A stretch of DNA of 60,683 nucleotides, filler included. It is 4 parts of 4 records of this genome, joined end to end, with 100 filler letters (N's around TTAATTAATTAA, not from the genome) between each part and the next. Parts side by side here need not be neighbours in the genome. Positions count along the whole stretch, not along the records: positions 1 to 20,339 come from DRR723986_28698; 3 more parts are not named here. One strand, given 5' to 3'. Under the pieces are notes generated by a model, which searched no databases, was not told where the DNA came from, and worked only from the letters and a program-made list of their open reading frames with translations. A program made the position numbers and the translations under genes. Of this stretch, positions 1 to 10,059 are shown in pieces. Positions within the stretch are counted from its first letter, which is position 1, and each line of letters starts with the position of its first letter.

Positions 1-2
1 CG

Positions 3-326
3 TTCAGTCAAGTTTTTGGGCAAATCTTTTTAGACAAAAGAGAAACTCTAAATAAGATTGACTTCACGGTGCCTTATTCTAAGGAAGGGAAATTAGTCTT
101 TGATATTCGAGTTAACGTTGATGGAAAGGTGACATCATGTGTGTTTGTGAAAGAAAAAAGTACCATCACGGCAATGGGCCCTATGATTGAGGCTAAAAAC
201 AAAATATTACAGCACCTTGTATTTAAAAAAGGAGTAGGTTATCCAGAATTTCACGAAGGATTCGTTCAAATTAAAACTGTTCCAGGCGCCGTTCAAAAGA
301 ACGATCAATTTGCTCCACCGAATTAG
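3..326 (+). CDS. 5'-truncated protein with a TonB C-terminal-like segment
   Basis: The frame is open from position 3 (FSQVFGQIFLDKRETLNKIDFTVPYSK...), so the ORF-track start at 69 is internal. GKLVFDIRVNVDGKVTSC resembles the TonB_C beta-hairpin. Confidence 0.45.
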   Translation, partial: FSQVFGQIFLDKRETLNKIDFTVPYSKEGKLVFDIRVNVDGKVTSCVFVKEKSTITAMGPMIEAKNKILQHLVFKKGVGYPEFHEGFVQIKTVPGAVQKNDQFAPPN

Positions 327-414
327 TTTGGAATCCAATAGTGGGATAATTTATCAAAATTTTCTTTGGCAACCGTGAATTCTGCACTCCGTTTAGCTGT
401 CAAACAACCTTATA

Positions 415-1638
415 ATGAAAATCATTTACAGCCTACTTATCTGCCTATCATTTAGTCAATTTTCAACTGCACAACTTACTCGAAGCGCTTTATTCATTGG
501 TAATAGTTACACCTATTCGAATGATATGCCAGGAATGATTTCAAGCTTAGCAAATGCTGACGGACATACATTGATTAAAGATCAAAACACACCTGGAGGA
601 TTTACGCTCGAAGGACACTCGACCAGCACCAGCACATTGTTTGATATCACCAACATAAGCTGGGACTTCGTAGTACTTCAAGAACAAAGTCAATTACCAT
701 CTTTTCCATGGTCACAAGTAACAGCAGATGTTTTTCCATATGCAGAAATACTTTGTGATTCTATTAGATCTGCAAATCCCTGCGCAATGCCGGTTTTTTT
801 CAACACATGGGGAAGAAGAGATGGGGATTCACAATGGGATTCGATCAACACCTTTGACAAGATGAATGAGAGATTACTCAATGCATACACAACTATGTCT
901 GACATGAATTCAACCTTAATGGCACCAATTGGAGTTGGTTTTAATCACATTCAGGATGATGGCTCTTCTCCCATTACCCATACTCAATTATATAACGCTG
1001 ATGGCAGTCACCCGTCTGTGTACGGCACTTATTTAGGAGCTTGTGTTTTTTACGAAATCATTTTCAACATCTCATCTGTTGGGAACACTTTTGTACCAGG
1101 GTCAATTTCTGGTGCTGAGGCCACTTATTTGCAAGGGGTCGCACACCATATTTTGAATGATGTTGATTCTTTGCAATTGGATTTTACACAGCCCCTTGCT
1201 GACTTTAGTTATACAACTAATGGCACATCCGTCAATTTTAATAACCTTAGCCAGCACTCATTTGATTGGTATTGGGATTTCGACAATGGAGCGAATTCTA
1301 CTGACGAAAATCCAATCAATGATTTCGGTACTTTCGGTACTTATGATGTTACTTTGACTGCTAACTACTGCGGAAGCACACATGACACTACAATCACCGT
1401 TAATGTGGCACCGGCATCCATTACACATCAAGAAATTGACTTTGAAATATTTCCGAATCCTTCAATTAATGGTGAAGTAAACATTATTAGTTCTCAACCT
1501 GCAGAGATAAACATCTACAATTTAAGTGGGCAATTACTAGAGCATGGCATGATCAGTTCGAAACACACATTGCATCTTGAATCTGGATTTTACCTGATTC
1601 AGGTCGGAAATAGCTTTAAGAAAATAACGGTACTCTAA
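415..1638 (+). CDS. T9SS-secreted SGNH hydrolase-like protein (DUF4886-like) with PKD domain and type A C-terminal sorting domain
   Basis: Signal peptide; SGNH block I FIGNSYT; DGSHP (DxxH); PKD motif WYWDFDNG...GTYDVTLT; CTD IFPNPS...IYNLSGQ...GFYLIQV...KKITVL. Confidence 0.85.
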   Translation: MKIIYSLLICLSFSQFSTAQLTRSALFIGNSYTYSNDMPGMISSLANADGHTLIKDQNTPGGFTLEGHSTSTSTLFDITNISWDFVVLQEQSQLPSFPWSQVTADVFPYAEILCDSIRSANPCAMPVFFNTWGRRDGDSQWDSINTFDKMNERLLNAYTTMSDMNSTLMAPIGVGFNHIQDDGSSPITHTQLYNADGSHPSVYGTYLGACVFYEIIFNISSVGNTFVPGSISGAEATYLQGVAHHILNDVDSLQLDFTQPLADFSYTTNGTSVNFNNLSQHSFDWYWDFDNGANSTDENPINDFGTFGTYDVTLTANYCGSTHDTTITVNVAPASITHQEIDFEIFPNPSINGEVNIISSQPAEINIYNLSGQLLEHGMISSKHTLHLESGFYLIQVGNSFKKITVL

Positions 1639-2282
1639 TCCTCAGGGAAGTACTCTTCCATATTTTCAGAATGATAGAAGATTTTGACTTGAGCCGTATC
1701 TCTTAAAAAATCGATCTTTCCGATTAGGATTTTCGAAATTTTCAGCCCAGTTCTTTCTTCTAGATCTGCCAATAGTTTATCTCTGTTTTCTGGCTTTATG
1801 AGATCGATTTTCTCGTAAGTAATGGTTTTACTCATTTCATGACTCTGTAAAATCACGTACTCGAGCATATAAATAAAACCTACAGTTCCTGCATTGACGA
1901 ATAACAATTCAGCAAGACTGATTTGTTTTCCTGCTAAAGCGTTGACTACAGCCAATCCAATAGCTACAAAAAGATAAGTCATCTCTTTGATTCGTACTGT
2001 TCCTGTTCGATATCGAATAATTCCAAATATTGCGAATAAGCCGAGTCCCATTCCCATGTCTATCTCCAACTTTTTCAAGGCGAAACAGATCATGAATGAA
2101 ATGGTCGAAATCATATAGTAAGTAAAGAGATAATCTTTACGTTGCGTTTTTCGATAATAGATAAATCTTATCAAAATCGTCAAGAAGATGAAGTTTATCG
2201 CAAATCGATAAATCAATTTAAAAAAATCATCATCCATTAATGGAATGCCCATAAACTGGTACACTGCGTCTTGTTCTAACAT
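1635..2282 (-). CDS. DUF4956 family membrane protein
   Basis: Several TM helices, motif GLGLFAIFGIIRYRT...KEMTYLF and a soluble C-terminal domain; starts 1 nt after the VTC gene stop. Confidence 0.85.
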   Translation of the reverse strand: MLEQDAVYQFMGIPLMDDDFFKLIYRFAINFIFLTILIRFIYYRKTQRKDYLFTYYMISTISFMICFALKKLEIDMGMGLGLFAIFGIIRYRTGTVRIKEMTYLFVAIGLAVVNALAGKQISLAELLFVNAGTVGFIYMLEYVILQSHEMSKTITYEKIDLIKPENRDKLLADLEERTGLKISKILIGKIDFLRDTAQVKIFYHSENMEEYFPED

Positions 2283-2283
2283 T

Positions 2284-3036
2284 CTATTTAAGTTTATCTA
2301 TTAAAAGTAATTTTGACTTAAAGTTATTAAACTTCAAATCGGGGTTTAAGGTTACGGCTCCCACACAGTATTTGCTAAATCCGTTCGGTCTTACCAAATT
2401 CTTTTTCATTAATTGAAAAAATAAGCTGTTTCTGTTCACATCTTCTTGCTTCAATTCAGCGATTACAATATGTTCGTAATCTCCCTCTATATCTCCCGAC
2501 TTAAACGACAAATTCATGTCTAAAGTTAATCTTTCTTTCTCTTTTTTATTCACTAAAGTGATGCGATCAAAAGAATTCCACAATTTAGATTCTAAATTCA
2601 CTTCTTTACCGATTACGGCTTCAATATATTCTTTTGAACCAGCTGTTAATACAGGTTCAAAATCCAACACTTTAATTCTTTTTTTATCTGTTCTCCCCTT
2701 GAATTTTCGTTTGACTTCTAAAAAATACAAGTTTGATTCTACGTATTTTCTAATCCGTACTTTAAATCTCAAACTTCTTTGATTGTGATGATCTAAATAA
2801 TACCCAAATTTATCGGTATCAAAGTACTGAGTTGAATAACTACTCATTCTTGTCCCTTGAATTTCTAAGGATCTGTAATCATCTTTTAACGTTGGAAGAA
2901 TTTCATTGAACATTTTTCTACTGAGCACAAATTTTGTGTCAGTCCTGTTCATTAACGCAACTTCATTCATTTGATCCAAGGTAATTGGTTCAAAATCCTT
3001 CAGGATATCTTTTTCTTGAAATCGCGTAAAATTCAT
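2284..3036 (-). CDS. VTC/polyphosphate polymerase domain protein (CYTH/TTM superfamily)
   Basis: Motifs LMNRTDTKF, YFDT, KVRIRKY, FLEVK, RLTLD, IAELK and FSKYC are typical of bacterial VTC-domain proteins. Confidence 0.85.
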   Translation of the reverse strand: MNFTRFQEKDILKDFEPITLDQMNEVALMNRTDTKFVLSRKMFNEILPTLKDDYRSLEIQGTRMSSYSTQYFDTDKFGYYLDHHNQRSLRFKVRIRKYVESNLYFLEVKRKFKGRTDKKRIKVLDFEPVLTAGSKEYIEAVIGKEVNLESKLWNSFDRITLVNKKEKERLTLDMNLSFKSGDIEGDYEHIVIAELKQEDVNRNSLFFQLMKKNLVRPNGFSKYCVGAVTLNPDLKFNNFKSKLLLIDKLK

Positions 3037-3040
3037 TTAT

Positions 3041-3048
3041 CAAAAGTA
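3041..3048 (-). promoter_or_regulatory. Bacteroidota housekeeping -7 element (TACTTTTG), 4 nt before the VTC gene ATG
   Basis: The minus strand reads TACTTTTG-ATAA-ATG, matching the TAnnTTTG consensus. Confidence 0.6.
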
Positions 3049-3158
3049 TATAAATTTGTCCAATAGCACTAGCGCCTTTAATTCACTATTAGACATACAA
3101 TTGGTTAAATAGTTTAATACGTTATCTTTACCAAAAAGGATACTACTGTAAACAGCTC

Positions 3159-3632
3159 ATGGAAGACAAACTCATTCAGGTTAAGTATAAAGAAGGTAAT
3201 TCGATTGAAGCCTTTGATGACTCCACGCAATCATTGATTCGTGAAACCATAGAATTTGCAAGTAATGCCTATGCTCCCTATTCAAATTTTCATGTCAGTG
3301 CTGGCTTAATGCTGGATAATGGAAAAATTGTAAAAGGAACCAATGTAGAAAATGCCTCTTATCCTGTATCTATTTGCGCCGAAAGGACGTTGCTATCGCA
3401 TACTGTTTCGAATTACCCAAAGAATAAAATTCAGAAAATTGCCATTTATGTGGATAAAGATTTGTCTGAACCTGTTCCTCCTTGTGGGGTTTGCCGGCAA
3501 ACGTTGTTGGAAGTAGAAAAAAGGCAAGCGCAACCAATTGAGGTTATATTGATTTCAAAGAGTGGCACTTATATTGTGTTTGAAAAATGTGCTGATTTAT
3601 TGCCTCTTTATTTTGATGGGGAGGTTTTGTAA
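3159..3632 (+). CDS. cdd: cytidine deaminase
   Basis: AYAPYSNFHV, GTNVENASY, and zinc ligands CAE and PCGVCRQ. Confidence 0.93.
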   Translation: MEDKLIQVKYKEGNSIEAFDDSTQSLIRETIEFASNAYAPYSNFHVSAGLMLDNGKIVKGTNVENASYPVSICAERTLLSHTVSNYPKNKIQKIAIYVDKDLSEPVPPCGVCRQTLLEVEKRQAQPIEVILISKSGTYIVFEKCADLLPLYFDGEVL

Positions 3633-4361
3633 TTACTCATCATCAGGTTCCGGAAGGTCAGCATCTTTGTATGTTTTAGACAAACTCATCAAAGGCTGCT
3701 TCACATTAAAATACAGTTCTTTTATTTTCTTTTTACCTTTAATTTTAGGCTGATTCTGCCTTTTTATCTTCAAAACATCACAATCATTTTCTAAATACTG
3801 AGCTACCGCGGTTAGTGATAAATCTGACAAAATGAAATATTCGTGATCTACAGAAATTACTACGTAAGCCGAATTCGTGTTTTGACCGGTACCACTCCGA
3901 TAAATCACATCTAAGAACGAAAAATATTGTATGGCATAGGCTCGTTTTTCATCTGCATTCCCCAATTCGAGATGGCTAATTGACATTTTTAACAGCACCT
4001 CAAGATCCACTGGATTTTCTTTTAATACGGTAGGACCTAATTCAACTGATTTTTTGTAATCGTTTTCATGATAGGCGTCTAAAAATTCTTTCTTTAAATT
4101 ACTGACACCATAAGGTTGGTAGTTTCTTAAAAACACACTCCCATAATAAAGATGATGATAATCAATGTGATTCAGTGTGGTGTCTCTTTTTTTCAATCTT
4201 GCCACCAGAGCTGGATAGAAATAAGGTGAATTGGCATTCATTATTTGATCTTTAATTAAATCAAAATTCACCAAAGAAATTACCTGTGAACTTCCAATAT
4301 TGGACCAACTAAGGCCAATAAACAAGAGTAAAAGGTATTTGAATTTAAAACGATTATTCAT
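3633..4361 (-). CDS. DUF4919-like exported protein
   Basis: Signal peptide from the ATG at 4361; motifs SPYFYPAL, YHHLYYG, SGTG...AYVVISVDHEY and LYFNV. Confidence 0.7.
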   Translation of the reverse strand: MNNRFKFKYLLLLFIGLSWSNIGSSQVISLVNFDLIKDQIMNANSPYFYPALVARLKKRDTTLNHIDYHHLYYGSVFLRNYQPYGVSNLKKEFLDAYHENDYKKSVELGPTVLKENPVDLEVLLKMSISHLELGNADEKRAYAIQYFSFLDVIYRSGTGQNTNSAYVVISVDHEYFILSDLSLTAVAQYLENDCDVLKIKRQNQPKIKGKKKIKELYFNVKQPLMSLSKTYKDADLPEPDDE

Positions 4362-4558
4362 GATATCACATCTCAACTATAACGGAAAAGTGGATAATTG
4401 TAACAAGATTTCTGTTTCTCCAAACAGATCTTTGTCATCATCATTTCAGTATAGTTTAAAAATCAAGTTTTCAAGGATTTATCTAAAAGTACAAGATAAG
4501 AAAAATTTAAGTCGTTAATGAGTATCAGAATCTGCGCTTATTTTTCCGAAATATCAAT

Positions 4559-4566
4559 TATATTTG
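4559..4566 (+). promoter_or_regulatory. -7 promoter element (TATATTTG) upstream of pdhA
   Basis: Matches TAnnTTTG, 26 nt before the ATG. Confidence 0.55.
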
Positions 4567-4592
4567 TCCATTGAATTTTAGACCAGTAAACT

Positions 4593-5654
4593 ATGGCCAC
4601 GAAAACCGCTAGTAAAAAGTCCTCAAAAGCAACGAAGGCAACACGTCAGACAAAAGCTACAAAGTTCTCAAAAGAGACCTATATTAAGTGGTACACCGAC
4701 ATGTTGTTAATCAGAAAATTTGAAGAGAAAATTTCTCAATTGTACATACAACAAAAATTTGGTGGATTCCTTCATGTCTATATAGGGCAAGAAGCGGTAG
4801 CTGTTGGAACAGTATCTGCTTGTCAAAAAGGAGATAAACACATTACGGCATATAGAGATCACGGACATCCAATTGCATTAGGCACGGATCCTAGAATTCT
4901 AGCTGCCGAACTTTACGGAAAAGTAACCGGATGTTCAAAAGGAAAAGGTGGTTCAATGCACTTTTTTGATGTTGAAAAAGGTTTTTTAGGTGGACATGGA
5001 ATTGTTGGTGCTCAAATCCCAATGGGAGCGGGAATTGCTTTTGCCGAGCAGTATAATGGAACGAAGAATGTTACATTCTGTTCTTTTGGAGATGGTGCTG
5101 CAAGACAAGGGGCATTGCATGAAACTTTCAACATGGCAATGAACTGGAAACTTCCAGTAGTATTTATTATCGAAAATAATAATTACGCCATGGGAACATC
5201 TGTAGAAAGAACTACAAATGTGACTGACATGTCTAAAATTGGTGCTTCGTATGAAATGCCTTCATTTGTTGTTGATGGAATGTCTCCTGAGGCAGTGCAT
5301 GAAGCTATTGAAGAGGCTGCTGACAGAGCAAGAAAAGGAAACGGACCTACACTTTTAGATATTAGAACTTACCGATATAAAGGACATTCAATGTCGGATC
5401 CTCAAAAATATAGAACAAAAGAAGAGGTTGCGGAGTGGCAAGAGAAAGATCCAATTGAGCATTGCTTAAAAGTGATCAAAGAAAATAAATGGCTAACGCC
5501 AAAAAAGATTGAAGAGATTGAGGCTTGGGTGAAGAATGAAGTTGCAGAATCAATCAAATTTGCTGAGGATTCTCCTCTACCAGAACCAGAAGAATTGTAC
5601 AAGGATGTATATCAACAAACTGATTATCCTTACATCAAAGAATATTTAGCTTAA
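4593..5654 (+). CDS. pdhA: pyruvate dehydrogenase E1 alpha subunit
   Basis: GFLHVYIGQEAV, KGKGGSMH, the ThDP-binding GDGA...NN motif and RYKGHSMSD. Confidence 0.96.
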   Translation: MATKTASKKSSKATKATRQTKATKFSKETYIKWYTDMLLIRKFEEKISQLYIQQKFGGFLHVYIGQEAVAVGTVSACQKGDKHITAYRDHGHPIALGTDPRILAAELYGKVTGCSKGKGGSMHFFDVEKGFLGGHGIVGAQIPMGAGIAFAEQYNGTKNVTFCSFGDGAARQGALHETFNMAMNWKLPVVFIIENNNYAMGTSVERTTNVTDMSKIGASYEMPSFVVDGMSPEAVHEAIEEAADRARKGNGPTLLDIRTYRYKGHSMSDPQKYRTKEEVAEWQEKDPIEHCLKVIKENKWLTPKKIEEIEAWVKNEVAESIKFAEDSPLPEPEELYKDVYQQTDYPYIKEYLA

Positions 5655-5683
5655 TTGCTTATTATAAAATTTAAAGAATTGTT

Positions 5684-6964
5684 ATGGCCGAAATCGTAAG
5701 AATGCCAAAGCTTTCAGACACAATGACCGAAGGGGTTGTTGCTGAATGGCACAAAAATGTTGGAGATGCAGTTTCAGAAGGTGATTTACTTGCTGAAATT
5801 GAAACTGACAAAGCGACAATGGAATTTGAATCATTTTATGATGGAGTTTTATTGCATATCGGAGTTGAAAAGGGTGGTTCAGCACCTGTAAACGAAGTAT
5901 TAGCCATCATAGGTGAAAAAGGTGAAGACGTTAAAGCCTTGTTAGATTCAGCAGGATCTGCCGCGGCTTCAGCGCCAAAAGAAGAACCTAAAGCAGAACC
6001 TGTTAAAGAAGAGGCACCGGCTGTAGTAGAGACCAAGCCTGACCCTACGCCAGTTGCAGCAGAAACAGTTGCAGCTCCGGTTACAAGTTCAAACGGATCT
6101 TCTAATGGTGAGCGAATTTTTGCTTCACCTTTAGCGAGAAAAATGGCTGCTGAGAAAGGAATTAGCCTGGCTAATGTTGCTGGATCTGGTGAAAATTCGA
6201 GAATTGTAAAGAGAGATATTGAAAACTATCAGCCGGCTGCAAATGCTGGTGGTGGGGTTGTTTATGCGGCATCAACTGGAACAGAATCCTACACTGATGT
6301 TCCAAATTCACAAATGCGTAAGGCAATTGCTAAAGCTTTATCCGCTTCTAAATTCTCTGCTCCTCACTTCTACTTAAAAATGGAAGTAGATATGGATAAT
6401 GCGATAGCCGCTAGAAAAGCAATCAATGCTGATGGAGACGTGAAAGTGTCATTCAATGACATGGTAGTAAAAGCAGTTGCTGCAGCATTAAGAAGACATC
6501 CAAAAGTGAATGCTGACTGGATGGGAGATTCAATTCGCTACAACGATCATATTCATGTTGGTGTTGCCGTTGCAGTAGAAGATGGGTTAGTTGTGCCTGT
6601 AGTTAAATTTACAGATACAAAAGGCATTGCTCAAATTGGTGCCGAAATTAAAGATTTAGCCGGAAGAGCAAGAGATAAAAAGATACAACCAGATGAAATG
6701 CAAGGTGGAACATTCGCCGTATCTAATTTAGGAATGTATGGCATTGAAGACTTCACTTCAATTATTAATCCACCAAACGGATGTATTTTATCTGTTGGAC
6801 AAATAAAAGCTACACCTGTTGTTAAAAACGGAGAGATTGTTCCAGGAAACGTTATGAAACTAAGCCTGTCATGCGACCATAGAGTTGTTGATGGTGCTGT
6901 GGGATCGGCTTTCTTAAAAACGCTTAAAGAAATGTTAGAGAATCCTGTAAAGATGATTGTCTGA
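5684..6964 (+). CDS. pdhC: pyruvate dehydrogenase E2 dihydrolipoamide acetyltransferase (single lipoyl domain)
   Basis: Lipoyl motif IETDKATME, E3-binding ASPLARKMA and catalytic DHRVVDG. Confidence 0.95.
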   Translation: MAEIVRMPKLSDTMTEGVVAEWHKNVGDAVSEGDLLAEIETDKATMEFESFYDGVLLHIGVEKGGSAPVNEVLAIIGEKGEDVKALLDSAGSAAASAPKEEPKAEPVKEEAPAVVETKPDPTPVAAETVAAPVTSSNGSSNGERIFASPLARKMAAEKGISLANVAGSGENSRIVKRDIENYQPAANAGGGVVYAASTGTESYTDVPNSQMRKAIAKALSASKFSAPHFYLKMEVDMDNAIAARKAINADGDVKVSFNDMVVKAVAAALRRHPKVNADWMGDSIRYNDHIHVGVAVAVEDGLVVPVVKFTDTKGIAQIGAEIKDLAGRARDKKIQPDEMQGGTFAVSNLGMYGIEDFTSIINPPNGCILSVGQIKATPVVKNGEIVPGNVMKLSLSCDHRVVDGAVGSAFLKTLKEMLENPVKMIV

Positions 6965-6976
6965 TCTCAATAAATT

Positions 6977-7012
6977 AAAAAAGCCCTCTTGATGAATCAA
7001 GAGGGCTTTTTT
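6977..7012 (+). terminator. intrinsic terminator after pdhC
   Basis: Stem-loop AAAAAAGCCCTCTTGA-TGAA-TCAAGAGGGCTTTTTT with a U tract. Confidence 0.9.
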
Positions 7013-7023
7013 ATTTTTAAATT

Positions 7024-7728
7024 ATGAAGAAGCTCATCACTAGCATTGATTTGTTTGCACATATTGCTTTATTACTTATTGGCTCTGCATACATCATTTT
7101 TCAAAACAATTATTTCGCTAGCCAATTATTCGCAATTTGTTGGTTGCCTTTTTCTATATATACTGTTTTTGGTTTAGCGAACCTGAAGGAATTCCCCAAC
7201 CAAAAGCAAAGTCTATATTCAATTTTGAATCTTGTTTTTTTGGGGACTCTAATTTATCTAGAAAAATTGATATTGATTGAGTTCTTTTTAAGTACTATTT
7301 TGGCAGAGATGGTGGCCATTTCCATGGCTATTTCTTACTTCTTTCTGTTCGGAAAAGGTCTCAATGATATAAAAGCAAAAGACCTATTTGGAAAAAAACA
7401 AGCTTTTATATTGGCGCTTTTTTTTACAGCATTGATCTATCCTTATATAGGTGAAATGATGATTTATATAGAATCTACATCAGTCAGTATATTCTTGGTA
7501 GTTGCATTTACTTTCACACTCATATTTGGAGTAATACGCCAAGTCAAATCCATTCAGGCGCTAGTTGAAAGAAAAAATAAAACTCCAGAAAAGGTGGATA
7601 AGGAACTTGAAGAAGCATTAAAAGGGGGGAAACCTTTGGATTTTGATGCGAAAGTCATCTTAATTAATCTGGCCTTTTGGTTTTTCGGAATTGGAACTAT
7701 TTGGGCTATTTACGTGAACAACGGTTAA
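7024..7728 (+). CDS. hypothetical multi-pass membrane protein
   Basis: 234 aa with about 7 hydrophobic segments; no recognised motif. Confidence 0.7.
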   Translation: MKKLITSIDLFAHIALLLIGSAYIIFQNNYFASQLFAICWLPFSIYTVFGLANLKEFPNQKQSLYSILNLVFLGTLIYLEKLILIEFFLSTILAEMVAISMAISYFFLFGKGLNDIKAKDLFGKKQAFILALFFTALIYPYIGEMMIYIESTSVSIFLVVAFTFTLIFGVIRQVKSIQALVERKNKTPEKVDKELEEALKGGKPLDFDAKVILINLAFWFFGIGTIWAIYVNNG

Positions 7729-7762
7729 ATCACAAACTAAACTTATCTTTGGTTTTGATTAA

Positions 7763-9181
7763 ATGTATTTCAATTCACTCATATTCATCTTTTTTGCCTT
7801 AGCGTTTTTCACGCTTTGGCCTTTCGTTAAAAAGCACAACCAACCCAGATGGATTTTCATCACCGTAATGTCATTTATCTTTTATGGATGGTGGGATTGG
7901 CGTTTTTTATTTTTAATTCTGATCAGTGGATTAATCGATTTTTTCGCAGGAAAAGTATTGGTCAAACGACCGGATAAAAAATTTCGATTTTTGATCATTT
8001 CCTTATTGGGTAACATCTTGAGTTTAGCTGTTTTCAAATACAGTGGATTTTTTGCCGAAATGACCGAGTTAGCTTTTCATGCACTGGGAAAAGATATCTC
8101 AATAAAAAAACATCTACCTGAATTTACCCTTATTGTACCAGTAGGCATTAGCTTCTACACTTTTCAATCAATGAGTTATACGATAGATATTTACAAAGGC
8201 AAATTGAAACCCGTCTCCAACTTCTTCCACTTTTTTGCCTATCTGTCCATGTTCCCGCAATTAGTAGCAGGACCGATTGTACGTGCAAAAGATCTATTGA
8301 TGCAACTAAATCAGGATAGAAAAGTATCTTCTTTGCAAAAATGGCATGCCTTTAAACTGATTGCTTTTGGCCTATTTCAAAAAACCGTGTTGGCAGATAA
8401 TATTGGCGTTTTAGTGAATAAAGCTTACAGTGAAGGAAATCTAGAAATTGGAACAGCTTACTGGTGGACAGTGTTAGCTGCTTTTGCTTTTCAAATTTAC
8501 TGTGATTTTTCTGGGTACAGTTTGATCGCTAGGGGGCTAGCAAAATTCATGGGTTACCAATTCAAAATGAATTTTAATCATCCTTATTTATCCTTAAGTT
8601 TTAAAGAGTTTTGGACCAGATGGCACATTTCCTTATCAAGTTGGTTTAGGGACTATGTCTACATCCCGCTTGGTGGCAATAAAAAAGGACTAGCATGGAG
8701 TATGGTTTTTCTTTACATCACTATGCTCATATCAGGATTTTGGCACGGGCCTGCTATTCACTTTATTGCTTGGGGTTTTCTTCACGCTACCTACCTTTTT
8801 GTTGAGCGCTCAAGTGGATGGACAAAATGGAAACCCGAATTGATGGTGCTGAAAATGGCAAAACTCCTTACCGTTTTTATGCTCACTTTATTTGCTTGGA
8901 ATTTTTTCAGAGCAGAAGGAATGGCGCAATCATTAGCCGTTTCAAACTATCTGTTTTCAATGAACCCAAGCGGAGATTTTTTCTTGAATGAAATCAACTC
9001 ACTATTTTTTCTACTCTTAGCTGTTATCATTGAGATTATATATGCGATCTATTTCAACACGTTTAAGCTGAAACAGTTTTATCAAAAATATAATATTGAT
9101 GTAGCCTTTGTGGCATTATGTATAGTTGGACATCTGTTCTTTAGGGGTCCTGAATCTGAATTCATTTATTTTCAATTTTGA
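7763..9181 (+). CDS. MBOAT family O-acyltransferase (AlgI/PatA/DltB-like)
   Basis: PVGISFYTFQSMSY, FPQLVAGPI, FWTRWHISLSSWFRDYVY, catalytic SGFWHG and C-terminal FIYFQF. Confidence 0.92.
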   Translation: MYFNSLIFIFFALAFFTLWPFVKKHNQPRWIFITVMSFIFYGWWDWRFLFLILISGLIDFFAGKVLVKRPDKKFRFLIISLLGNILSLAVFKYSGFFAEMTELAFHALGKDISIKKHLPEFTLIVPVGISFYTFQSMSYTIDIYKGKLKPVSNFFHFFAYLSMFPQLVAGPIVRAKDLLMQLNQDRKVSSLQKWHAFKLIAFGLFQKTVLADNIGVLVNKAYSEGNLEIGTAYWWTVLAAFAFQIYCDFSGYSLIARGLAKFMGYQFKMNFNHPYLSLSFKEFWTRWHISLSSWFRDYVYIPLGGNKKGLAWSMVFLYITMLISGFWHGPAIHFIAWGFLHATYLFVERSSGWTKWKPELMVLKMAKLLTVFMLTLFAWNFFRAEGMAQSLAVSNYLFSMNPSGDFFLNEINSLFFLLLAVIIEIIYAIYFNTFKLKQFYQKYNIDVAFVALCIVGHLFFRGPESEFIYFQF

Positions 9182-10059
9182 TGAGGCCAATCAATAAAAT
9201 AATAGTGAGTTTGTTGATAATAATGGGATTCTCCTTAGCGATCATTTATTGGAACCCAGAACGAGAGGAATCTGAATCCGCGAAGCAAAATTTATGGACA
9301 TCTAAAACACATGCTTCTTCAGGGCAAGATGTTGTTGTTTATGGGGACTCAAGGGTGTATCGTGGTTTCTCTACGACACATTTTATTGGTGACAAAGCCC
9401 TCGATTGCCATAATTTCGGATACAGCTCTGCTAGTTTCTCTCAACGGATGTTAGATTTTTGTAAGGGTCAATTGAAGAACAAGAAATCGGGCATCTATGT
9501 TTTTGGAATTACTCCGCACGCATTTACAAAATCAGCTATCTCGGATGAACATTTTAAACAAGAATTTGAACGCTCAAAATTTGACGTTACAACCAGACTG
9601 GCCAAAACCGAGGTACTACAATACTTTGACCCCATCACCGCAAATGATTTTTTAGGATTATCCATTGAAACCGAAACTTTTCATCCTGATGGATGGGTAT
9701 CCAAAAACAACGTCAAATTTGACACTTTAGCCGGACTTGAAAGCTATACAAAGGCCTTTTCGAAAACCGTGATCGACCCTAGCACCTATGAGCAATTCTT
9801 TAATTTCGTAGAGAAAGAGGTGCAAAATGGCCGAAAGGTTTACGCTTATAGACCACCAACAATGCTTTCAATGGATAAACTTGAAGAAGAAATGACAGCC
9901 TTCAGATTTGACGATTTCATTTCTAGATTCGAAGCAGTGGGAGGCATTTGGATTGAAGTAGCCAGAGCTGGTTATGAAACTTATGACGGGAGCCATATCA
10001 CAACCGAATCTACTATTCAACTCAGCGAATACTTGGGCCAACAAATCTTTAATAATTAA
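9181..10059 (+). CDS. membrane-anchored SGNH-fold acyltransferase partner (AlgJ/DltD-like)
   Basis: N-terminal TM anchor, YGDSR block I and C-terminal DGSH; the ATG overlaps the MBOAT stop (TGATG). Confidence 0.7.
   Translation: MRPINKIIVSLLIIMGFSLAIIYWNPEREESESAKQNLWTSKTHASSGQDVVVYGDSRVYRGFSTTHFIGDKALDCHNFGYSSASFSQRMLDFCKGQLKNKKSGIYVFGITPHAFTKSAISDEHFKQEFERSKFDVTTRLAKTEVLQYFDPITANDFLGLSIETETFHPDGWVSKNNVKFDTLAGLESYTKAFSKTVIDPSTYEQFFNFVEKEVQNGRKVYAYRPPTMLSMDKLEEEMTAFRFDDFISRFEAVGGIWIEVARAGYETYDGSHITTESTIQLSEYLGQQIFNN

Noticed and set aside
4593..6964. pdhA-pdhC without pdhB or lpd
   Set aside because: Split PDH gene arrangements are normal in Bacteroidota.
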